A stretch of 64,000 nucleotides of DNA from Oopsacas minuta (GCA_024704765.1 JAKMXF010000335.1:124001-188000); one strand, 5' to 3'; counted from the first letter of the stretch, positions 10,301 through 20,829 are shown. Notes: generated by a model not told the origin, from the letters alone. Numbers and translations: made by a program.

Positions 10301-13300
10301 CCCTAGTGAGATTTATTTCTTGAATGAAATGCCTTATGGTACTACAGGGAAAATTGACCGTCAAAAGTTAATGAAATTGGTTGAAGAAGTGGAAATATCT
10401 AGCGAGAAAGTACCCAGCAAAAACGCCGTTACTTCGACAAATATTGATATTTTTGCAACCTTAAAGACAATTTTTACACAATATTTTCCCGAAATTGAAA
10501 TATCGATAAATTCAGATTTCTTCAATATTGGAGGTAATTCTATAACTGCTTTACAACTTGTGTCACAGATTAACTCAGAATTACAATTATCAATTTCTCT
10601 ACGTGAATTCTTTCAGCACTCAACCGTTGCTAAGCTGGCCAAGTTTATTACTGATAAATATAATTTTGTGGTTCAAGTCGAGAATGAAAACTACAGCGAA
10701 AATATACGATCTGACTTGTCAATGAATGAAATTTCAAAACGACTTACGAAGAAGTTTCCTAATCTTTCGAATTCTAACTTAGAAACTGAATTACTTAATA
10801 CAGAAATTTCCAGCAAGATTATTGAAGGAATTAACACGCTTTTTTGCTTGAAACTACTCAGTAAAGACTTGCGAAATATACTTACATTTGATAATCTCTG
10901 TTCTTTGATTGTAGAACAACTCAATTTTCAAGAAATTCCTTCAGAAAATCCAGAGGTTTATCCACTAGCCTCGACGCAGCGACAATTCGCATTAGCATAT
11001 GTCTTAAACCAATCAGAATCCGCATACCACATTCCATTGTGTATCTATAGCAACCAACTAGAATGGGATATTGTAACAGAGTTTTTCAATAGTTTTATAC
11101 AGAATCACAGTATATTACGTACTGTATACACATTATCTACTGGATTCTCACAAAAACTAATCTCTAATCCAATTTTCCCTTTTCAAATATTGAAATTCAC
11201 TTTACCACCCGAATACATTGAAAATCCATTAGAATATAATCAACTTAAAAACCTTATTAAATCTGAGGTAAATTCGCCTCTTGACATACAGAATTCTATC
11301 CCTCTAAGAGCAACATTTGTGGATATAAATACAGAAAATTCTCCTGTTAAAAAGTCCCTAATTATTCTAATTCTCCATCATATTGCAGCTGATGGTTGGT
11401 CTGTGAATCTTTTATTAGAAGAATTCCAAAATTTCATCAAAACTTACCCAAAATACAAGCTGAAAAATACGAATTTCTTACAATTAACTTCAAACGATGA
11501 CACTTCATATATAGAGTATTGGAAAAATAATTTATCAAAGTTTATTTGTAACGAATTGAAATCCTTTATGCTTCTATCTAACCGTTCGAATTCTACATTA
11601 GAAAAGCCCGATATATACAAGTATATTGTAGAAATCGATATAGCCAAGAAAATACAGAAAACAAGTCAAATATGTGGTGTTACTCCGTTTATAACATTTT
11701 TGTCCGCTTTTGTTTATTTGTTTACTTTTCTATATGAACCGTCATTACAAATTGTTGTCCTTACACCTGTATCAACACGATCAACTTTAGTTGATAAACA
11801 ATATTTTGGACCAAGCGTTAACCTTCTTCCAATAGCTATAGACCTAGAAAGCAAGGACCTAGCTAGAGAATTCTCATTCAATGATTTGACTAAATTCATT
11901 CAAAATATATTTCATACCGCTTTAGAAAATTCACCAATTACATATGAGGAAATTCACCCATTTTTAAACAAGAGTTCCTCTAACAACACAAAAGTACCTG
12001 TGGTATTCAGTTATGATTCGAATCAGCTACAAACTTCACTTGACCTTGGGAAATATGGAAAAGCACAAGTCTTACCTGCATTTGATTATCTACCGACACT
12101 TCTACATGATATCTTAATAGAAGTTAATTACACTGGTGTACTAATTGAGCAAACATTGACTATAAGTCAAGCTGGAATACAACCAGAAAAATCAAAGAAT
12201 ATTCTCACACAGTATAATATATTGTTGGAATCGGTTTGTGATTCGTTCGACACTCCCCTTTATAAACTCACAGCTCTCCCTGATGTGTATGCAAAGGCTC
12301 TGACAGGTGCCAAATGCCCATCTGAGTATATCAATATTGTCATTCTAGTATACAAAATTTGTATGGAAAATCCTGATGATATTGCATTCGAATTTGACAA
12401 TGAACATTTAACATACAAACAATTCTTCGCGGAATGTTATACATATGCTATTGACCTACGTAAGTCACTTCCCAACCCTTCAAATACTATTATAGCGATT
12501 ATAATGGATCTTTCTATTGAATTAATATTAGCCATGATTTCAGTGCTAATCATTGATTTTACTTATATTTTGATTGATCCAATACTCCCTATAAATCGCA
12601 TACAAGCAATGCTGGAATTTACTGAGACAATTGCGATTATAACTACAAACAAATACAAAACTTTTTGTGAAGAAATCAACTCTAAATCTCGATTCATTTC
12701 CGTTTTAGACAGGGAAACGTTAACATGCATTGATGTACCATACAGTCATGATTTTCATTTGACGAATGAAACTGCCTATGTCATGTCTACTTCCGGTTCA
12801 ACAGGTGAACCGAGATACGTCACAATACCACATTCCTCAATCCTATCTCGTATCCATGTAAAATCCCTCCCATTCTACTCACCTACCCAAACAGTATTAA
12901 TCTGCTCAAGTCTCTCATTCGATATTTTACCATTACAAATATATGGATCGATTTTCAGTGCATCGAAAGGTGTAATTATCCATCAAAATTGTCTGGGAAT
13001 TAATATAGATAAACTCAAACCAACTGTAATAGAAAAAAATATTAATCATATGACATTACCCACTCCAGTTCTTCACCTGGTTATTGAGATAATGCCTGAG
13101 ATATTTGAACATGTGAAATATATAGATTTTGGTGGAGATGTCGCTAGCCCTGATATTTTATGTAAGCTCCAAAAAATGTATCCCAAACTGCTTTTAACTA
13201 ATTCTTATGGTCCCACAGAAGCAACTATAGTTTGTTCAAGTTCAATTCTAACTCTGCAAGATTGTCTCAAACCTATTTTAACGATTGGCAGTGCTGTACC

Positions 13301-16300
13301 TAATACAGATCTGTTGATTGTAGATACATATATGCGTAGTGTTCCATTTGGTATACCTGGAGAATTGTTGATAACTGGTGGGGTTATGTCCGGGTATCTT
13401 CATAGGCCAAATGATGAGCGATTGGTTTCAATAGAAAACGCATTAGGTAATGTTAATGTGTATTTTCGTACAGGCGATAAAGTTCAGCAGAGAGAGGATG
13501 GGAAATTGGAGTTTTTGGGTAGAAATGATTTTCAAGTTAAATTGGATGGACAACGTGTTGAGCTTAGTGAGATAGAACATGCTCTTATGAAGCATAAAGA
13601 TGTACAACTAGCTATTGTGTTTGTGAAAAAACGCGAAAAATCGAATGTTAAAATACTGCTCGCTTGTATTCTTTGTGAAAATGTCATCACTAGGGAGTCT
13701 ATGGAAATTCATGCTAAGAAATATTTGACTACGGTTATGGTGCCTTCCCAATTTTATTTTTTCAAAACATTTCCACTTTCAATAAATGGCAAAGTTGATA
13801 GAACAAAACTTTTCGAGAAAATTCAATTTGAAAAAGATTCCAAAAAGCCTGAAAGCATTCAAACTACTAATTTTGTGAGTCAAAATTTATTAGAAGAAAT
13901 TTGTCAATGTTGGAAGCAAGTTCTTGGTTTGGATGAAATACCATTGACACAATCATTTCACACGCTAGGAGGTACATCTCTCTTATTAGTACAATTACAT
14001 TATAAACTACAGCAAAAATTCGAAGTTAATCTAAGCCTACCTGAAATATTAACAAACAACACTGTATGGCTACAATCTAACTGGATAGCTAGTAAATCTC
14101 GTGATGACGTCACGGAGGTCCCCATGGATAAAACAGAATTAATTTTACCGAGGGAAGTAACAGAGAATGCTAGATATCCTCAATTAGCTGTTATTGGTAT
14201 GGCTTGTAGATTTCCTATGAGTGAGGATAAAGAATCGTTTCATGATACTCTCTTACAGGGGAAAGATTGTATAGACATGCAACAAGCTGGTGAGTAATTA
14301 TTATATTATAGTATACAATACAGTCAAACGAATTCCTAGTCCAATACAAATGAACCTCCACAAACGAAGAATTTGGTAGAATCGGGGAAACAGCATTTAT
14401 CTGCTTCTCTGGCACCCCGTTTATGGAGGTTACACTGTAGTTATAAATAGAATGTCTGTGCAAAATGAATTTAGAAATACAAGTTTTTGTGCTTTAGTTT
14501 CTACTGATATTTGTTCAAAATTCTATTATTAACGAAGTTCTACTGTATCTTACAATTGCCCCGAACCATTAATTACCATTCTTAAACTCATAATTATATA
14601 CTTACTATTACAAATTAATAATAATATCATTAGAAGATGGCTATATTGCAGCAGGAGGTTGTCTATCAAATCCAGAGCTATTTGATGCTGATTACTTTGA
14701 CATTACTCGGTTTGATGCTTGTCTTATGGATCCTCAATACAGACTGCTTCTAGAGCTAGCAGTAGATGTTATAAGAGATGCTGCTATATCACTGGAGAAG
14801 GAGAAAGTTGGAGTTTTTATTGGTTAGCTAATATGAATATTCTCTGATTAATATATATGATAAATTTACGATAATTGTTTTCAACGGCTATCACGCTCGT
14901 AATTGATTAGTTTAGTGCCTCTTTTAACCGTTATCTCTTATCAACATTTTGATCCTATCCGTTAAATTCATGTGTTTGGCCGTCTCTTCATTAAACAATA
15001 TACAGGCAACTCCCGAAATACCGGTTAATATCGAAGCAGATCGAAGTCTATACACATATGGAACCAAACAGTCAAAAACACAAATTTAATCGGGTTATAT
15101 CGAAGTTATGATCTCGGTCCCTTGAGATATATGTATGTAATTTAGGTTGTGCTACTAACACCTATCTATCAGCATCAGGAGTAGATCTATCCTCTTACCA
15201 CTACGATCCAGCTGTATCCTTCCATGTGGGTAGAGTACTGTCAGAGGAATCAGCTGCTAATTTTATATCATATCACCTCAACTTAACAGGACCTTCCTTA
15301 CTAGTTAAGACTACTTGTGTATCATCTCTTACTGCAATGCATCTAGCTGCACACTCACTACACACAGGAGAGTGTACTGCAGCTATAGTGGGTGGTGTTG
15401 ATATATCATTTCCACAGATTAGTACTGTTAGAATACAGCAGGATATGATATTCTCTCCAACAGGTAGGGGCAAAACATAATTGCTTAGTTTAGGCATACT
15501 AAACTTGGCAATTATGTTTTGGCAAGTGACGTTATAGACAAATTTATTGTATGTTTATACACCAAAAATAGCAATTAGGTGACGTACTACTATAGACTCT
15601 TGATATCGAATATATAATTGCCAGATAATCTGGCTCAGCTGTTCCCATCCATATACCCCTTGGGCCTTGGTGGCCCACATATGACAGCAGGGGATCCACA
15701 GGATCTAAAATTTATATTGCACTTATGTAAGGGGGTCGACAAAATGTGTTTAAATTAGTATAGGGGTCCGATGGTTGGAACCGCTGATCTAGCCAAAATC
15801 TCATTCCTGTAGGTCACTGCAAGTCATTCGATGATACAGCAGATGGTCTCGTGTCCGGTAACGGTATAGGATTACAAGTAATAACACTCCTACATAATGC
15901 ACTATCTAACGGCTATCCAATATACTGTAAGGTAACTGCTAGCTCTATGAATAACGATGGTAATAGCAAAGACACGTATTTCTCTCCTAGTCTATACAAT
16001 CTAACTGACTGTATAAAACACTGTATTAACCTAGACACAGAGGGGTATATAGCTTCAATAGAAGCTCATGGAGCTGGTACAATGGTAGGAGATCAGATTG
16101 AATTAGAAGCACTTCATCGTGCTTATTCTAAAAATAGTAACAGTGAAATTCATATTAATTTAGGATCTGTTAAATCTAATATTGGTCATCTCGGGTATGC
16201 TTCTGGTGCTGCTGCTTTGTGTAAGTCAATTTTACAGTTGGAAAAAGGCGTTTTATATCCGAGTCTGCATTTCAGCGATTGGAATGGGAGTTATATAAAG

Positions 16301-19300
16301 AATCATGGAAATATTCCGTTTCGCGTGGCTTCTAAAGTTGAACCATGGACTGGGAGGAGGAGATCAGCTGTTAACGGTATGGGACAGGGTGGTACCAATG
16401 TGCATATTATCCTAGAGGAACATATACATACACCTTATATACCTCGTGACGTAGTTCGTTCAGATAATGGTTTTATTTGTCCTATATCTGCTCATAGTGA
16501 TGTTGTATTGAAATGCGTATGTAGGGAGTTGATGGGATTAATTGAGAGACGGAGTAACGTGGGATTACCCAGTTTAATATCATCTTTATATAACACAACT
16601 CGTAATCTTTCTTTTAGAAAATGTTTTGTTTCACCAAATCAATTCGATCTTTTAAGCCAACTCAAACAATGGGATTCAACGCAACAGATTATGGCGCATT
16701 CCAAAGACCCTAGCAACCTGGTTCTAATTTTTGCCGGGCAAGGCGCGCATTTTCCTAACATGGGACTTGGCTTGTATTTAGACTCACAAATATTTAGGTC
16801 ACATTTTGATAATGCCGTTTCTATTTGTCGTTCTGAGTTAAAATTCGATTTACTCAATTTATTATTTTCAGCGAATCCCAATACAAATCCTACACATCTT
16901 CAAGTTTATACAGTTTGTTTACAAGTTTGTTTGTATCGTCTTATGACGTCAATAGATATTGACCCAGTTGTCCTTATAGGACATAGTATAGGGGAAATAT
17001 CTGTAGCTACTTGTTGTAATGTATTTACATTGGAAGATGCTATACAGCTTGTGTACTACAGGAGCAGGTTAATGCTTGGGGCTACTGATATGAAATATGG
17101 AATGTTGGCCGTCAAAACCGATCAAATTTCCGCGAGGAAATTAGCTACAGAGTCTGGCCTCTCTATCGCTGCGTTTAACAGCCCAAATCAAACAGTATTA
17201 TCCGGTGAGATGGTCATAATATCTTCACTATGCGAGCAATTAACAAAACAATCAATTCAGTATAAAGTGTTATCAGTTCCTACAGCTTATCATTCGAAGC
17301 TATTAACAAGCATATTACCACAGTATAGAAATCTGTTGAAGAAATATCCACCACATGCCCCATCCAAACAATACATTTCTACTGTAACAGGTAATTGGGT
17401 AGATATCAATACTGTATCTACTGTTTCTTATTGGGAAGACCAATTGGTCAATTCTGTATTATTCTACCCTGCATTAGAATGCGCCGCACAAATAGCGAAT
17501 CCAGTTTTCTTAGAAATCGGCCCTGGAAGCAGATTATCTTCAATTATTAGGAATCATATGCTAGGATATCATGTATTTCCACCACTTATAACTTCTAATG
17601 ATAATTACCTTGAAACTTTTAAGGAAATTTGGGAGTTTGGGTTCGAATTAAAATGGAGCTTATTTGGATTTTTTGAAGATTCCACACCGAAAATTCGTAT
17701 TTTTCCTTTTCCGTTTGAAAGAAAGAAATTCTCCGTACAAGATATTAAAAAAATTCTTAAACCGAACGTTGAAATTTTACAGCCAAAACAGACATTCACA
17801 TTGCCACTACTAACTAATACAATTCCAGAATTTTCATTGAAAACTATCGATCAACAGCTCTCTGCTCCAATTGTACAACTAATAAAGAATGTATCTTCTA
17901 AAGTTATTGAAGGAGAGCACAAAAACTTTAATATTACTGTTGGATTGGGTTTACCTGGTGGTAGCACTGTATTCGAATCTTTGACAAATTTTCCGACGTC
18001 TAGTACTACAATATATCCTATTGGCTGTCTATCCAGTATATTTATATACATTCTTTTCAATATCTTCCTGACAACTGGTAGAGTCACGCATAGCACTAAG
18101 CTTATCGAATTGCTACCGTTAGAATATTCAATTTCTGAGCCGAAATCTTCTATAACTCTTTTCCATCTCGCAACACACTCATCAGGCCTAGCTTTCCTTC
18201 CTTCACGACTTACATGGGAAGTTTCTGATCTCTCCAATTACTCGCTTTCAGAGCTATTTACAGATTTCGTAGAATGTGAGCTACAGTCATCGCCAGGTGA
18301 TCAGTACAGCTATTCTGTATTTGGGTCTGCGCTACTTACGCATGCACTAACTGCTATTACAGAGCAATCCTATGAGGAATTATTACAATCTTATATACTA
18401 CAGCCTTTAGAAATGAAATCTACGTTTATTAGTGCATCTATTCGGACGCTAAAGTTCAAACATTATCAGGGGCATGACGTCAAAGGTTCTAAGGTCCCTA
18501 AATGGAACTGTGGAGAAGCTTTTAAGTTTGCTGATGGGGTTCATAGTACATTAAAAGATCTCATAAGTTTAACCCAGTATTTGACTGGAATTGCAACTTG
18601 CGATGTTCCATTGAAAGGCGTATTGGATTTTATGATAAAATCCGATCAGAATTCGTATAGTTTTCTATCTGGCATAACTAACGGGAGTTCAGTTTGGCTA
18701 GCTGTTGATTTGAAATGGAAAACATCGATTATTCTGGCTTGCAATACAAGTCTTGATAATTGTAAAAAGTTAGCTAAATTGACTGAATTTACTTTCAACA
18801 CATTTCCTGGACTATACACTAGTTTGTATTCAAGTAATATTATAGGTGGTAGCCAATCAATTCCTATGTCCTTTGGTGAAAAACAGATACTTGCATTAGG
18901 TGGTGGATCTATGCCAGCAATTAATGCTCCGATAAATGCTCTCGCTATGTGCGATAGAAGTCAAGAAATTGAGTGTCCTGCTCCCGGCAATAACTATCTT
19001 GTTAATGGAGGAATAGGGGAGATACTGCCGAAAAATGAAGTATCAGATGTTGAAAAAGTTATTTTAGAGGCACTGTCTAATCTTGTTGGAGGTGACGTCA
19101 TAAAAAGGCAAGATGTATTAAATTTGGATTTCACACATTTGGGCCTTGATTCTCTTTTAGCCATTTCTCTGGCAGAGCAAATTTCTAATGTTTTTAACAG
19201 AAAAATATCTTTTCATCTTCTTTCTGAATACACAACAATACATGAGCTTTCTCAGTTTATACAGGCAGATTGGGAAAATCTTGCAAAACACATTCCAAAC

Positions 19301-20676
19301 GTCCATAGCAACACACATGATGCAGACACTAATCACATACTATCTATTCCTAATACAAATATATACGAATTATTTCCAGATAGTACATTTCCATTGGTTA
19401 TAGAACCTGCTAGTGAACAGTACAATGGCATCGTTAATCTTAAGAGAATATTCTCGAAGCATTCTGAAACATTCCAATCTCTGTTGCTAGGCAGCGGTGC
19501 TCTGTTATTCAGGAATTTCAAACTTGATACAGCTGAGCATTTCTCAGAATTTACGAATGAGTTGAGTGGAGTTTTTGGTCCATCTCTTGAATATTTAGAT
19601 GGTATTTCACCTAGAACACGAGTGCTAGAAAAGATATACACTTCTACTGAGTACCCGTCTAAGTACGATATGTCTCCACATAATGAGATGTCCTATTCCC
19701 CTAATCCACCTTCTCATATAATGTTCTTTTGTCTAAATCCTCCTAACAACGATTGTGGAGGACAAACACCTTTGATGAGTTCTAGAAATATTCTGGACAA
19801 GATTCCAGAGAAATTGTTGAAAGATTGGAAAACTCGGAGTTTGAAATATTATTGGAATCTGTCTAGTCGTGGTAAAGGAGCTGGTAAGAGTTGGCAAGAT
19901 ACATATGGGACTGAGGATAGGCGGTGTGTGGAGAAGTTTCTCGCTGAACAAGGGTTTGAGTTCAAATGGAAAGGAAGTACACTTCGAACTTCTAGGTAGA
20001 TTTAATACAGAGATAGCATTTAGTATCATAGAGTACAGTCAATTCCCGTTATATCGAAGCTCAAGGGTCCCGCGATAATTATTTCGATATAACCGTGAAA
20101 TGTATGTCTCTTTTACGGTTGGGGACCATATTTGTACAATTTAGACTTGGATATAACAGGAGTTGACTGTATGTCCCATCACAATATGAATCTCTATCCA
20201 TTGTATGTATTAACTAGAGTAATTTTAATTTATAGCCAATTTATGGGATTGATAAATTAAATGTATTATCCCGTGTATCAAGTTAACAGTTTTCTACTAA
20301 ACAAAATATCCATACAATGATTGATTACTTATTTAGAACTGCAACAATAACACGATGCCACCCGATCACTAAAGAAGAGGTTTGGTTCAACCACGCTCTC
20401 CTATTCCACCCCTCTGAACTACCCGACACAGTCAGCACTTCCCTCTCTTCATTCCCTAAAGATGAATACCCCAAGCACTGTACTTATGGAAACGGAGAGG
20501 AAATATCAGATTCAGATATAGCTCAGGTTAAATCTGTCTGTTTATCAAATTTGGTAATGTTCGATTGGCAGAAAGGTGATGTATTGTTGGTTGATAATTT
20601 CTTAGTTGCTCATGCAAGGAAAAAATTTTCTGGTGAGAGAAAGATTCTTGTCTCCATGTTCCGTTGTCAAGATTGA
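5502..20676 (+). CDS. Spliced hybrid NRPS-PKS megasynthase, about 4,605 aa: A-T-C-A-T-(T*)-C-A-T-KS-AT-betaLac-ACP-TauD. Exons 5502-14289, 14634-14822, 15146-15463, 15813-19995, 20337-20676
   Basis: Four GT-AG introns (donors GTGAGT, GTTAGC, GTAGGG, GTAGAT; phases 1,1,1,2) join the exons in frame. 8788+189+318+4183+340 = 13,818 nt = 4,606 codons including the stop. Splicing restores a continuous KS (DPQYRLLLE, TTCVSS, HCKSFDDTADG, EAHG, KSNIGH) and a continuous TauD domain. Confidence 0.9.
7392..7415 (+). repeat. (CAA)8 microsatellite encoding poly-Q in the T1-C1 linker
   Basis: Eight perfect CAA codons; protein reads MKCQQQQQQQQHQEM. Confidence 0.95.
7470..10660 (+). other. NRPS module 2: C1-A2-T2
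   Basis: C1 active site HHLLVDG (7884-7904). A2 motifs YTSGSTGRPKGV (9336), FKSGDLG, GRSDWQIKLRGQRLELGEIE and TGKIDR. T2 motif IGGNS has its Ser at 10539-10541. Confidence 0.88.
10955..14095 (+). other. NRPS module 3: C2-A3-T3
   Basis: C2 active site HHIAADG (11376-11396). A3 motifs STSGSTGEPR, NSYGPTEAT, FRTGD, GRNDFQVKLDGQRVELSEIE and NGKVDR. T3 motif LGGTS has its Ser at 13977-13979. Confidence 0.88.
14321..14437. mobile_element. Degenerate TA-flanked MITE in NRPS-PKS intron 1
   Basis: TA|CAGT...ACTG|TA ends. AACCTCCACAAACG (14353-14366) is inverted relative to CGTTTATGGAGGTT (14418-14431). A similar right end lies at 28060-28079. Confidence 0.55.
14634..14822 (+). CDS. Exon 2 of the NRPS-PKS (KS domain); absent from the ORF track
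   Basis: TAG acceptor at 14631-14633 and G|GTTAG donor at 14823. Translates (E)DGYIAAGGCLSNPELFDADYFDITRFDACLMDPQYRLLLELAVDVIRDAAISLEKEKVGVFI(G), containing the KS motifs FDAxFF and MDPQxRLLLE. Confidence 0.92.
17870..18810 (+). other. Serine beta-lactamase/AmpC-fold domain embedded in the PKS module; catalytic motifs altered
   Basis: YPIGCLSSIF aligns with F.IGSxxK.F; LATHSSGL with LLTHTSGL; PGDQYSYSV with PG..Y.YSN; YEELLQSYILQPLEMKST and ADGVHSTLKDL with AGGL.ST..DL. Confidence 0.8.
19040..19280 (+). other. PKS acyl carrier protein (ACP)
   Basis: FTHLGLDSLLAISL (Ser at 19151-19153) followed by ...HLLSEYTTIHELSQFI. Confidence 0.88.
19370..20676 (+). other. C-terminal TauD/SyrP-like Fe(II)/2-oxoglutarate dioxygenase domain (split by intron 19996-20336)
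   Basis: GALLFRNF, IYTSTEYP...PHNEMSY (HxE at 19679-19687), FFC..P...GGQTP, WFNHA and WQKGDVLLVDNFLVAHAR (distal His at 20611-20613). Confidence 0.88.
20036..20169. mobile_element. Tc1/mariner(pogo)-type MITE, family A, in NRPS-PKS intron 4
   Basis: TIRs CAGTCAATTCCCGTTATATC / CAGTCAACTCCTGTTATATC (18/20) with TA on both sides. Related copies at about 15003-15130, 28573-28735, 30767-30944 and 50020-50170. Confidence 0.85.
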
Positions 20677-20829
20677 ATTGAATTGAGTCGCTTTTATTTG
20701 TTACAGAGTTTATTTTTAGATTTTAGTTGTTTGCATGCTTGAAACATTTCTGACTAATTCGTTTGGTTTAGCTTTTTTAGCAGAATATATTTCATCTACC
20801 AACTTTGTAACTGATATTTGAACCAAGTA

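Larger units (their letters stand above)
14180..17630 (+). other. Type I PKS KS (split by 3 introns) + cis-AT
   Basis: KS starts AVIGMACRFP. Catalytic Cys in KTTCVSS (15316-15318), His in EAHG (16067) and His in KSNIGH (16187); KS ends GQGGTNVHIILEE. AT motifs FAGQG, GHSIG (16979-16993), RSRLM and TAYHS (17282-17296). Confidence 0.9.

Noticed and set aside
15226-15480. 84-aa ORF as an independent gene
   Set aside because: It is part of exon 3 (15146-15463) of the NRPS-PKS read through into intron 3; likewise 20317-20676 is exon 5 plus intron sequence.
5502-20676. Reading the NRPS/PKS ORFs as a bacterial operon, symbiont contamination or a frameshifted pseudogene
   Set aside because: Each break has canonical GT...AG ends with matching phases, splicing restores missing KS and TauD motifs exactly, and the gaps contain host-type MITEs shared with the rest of the window.
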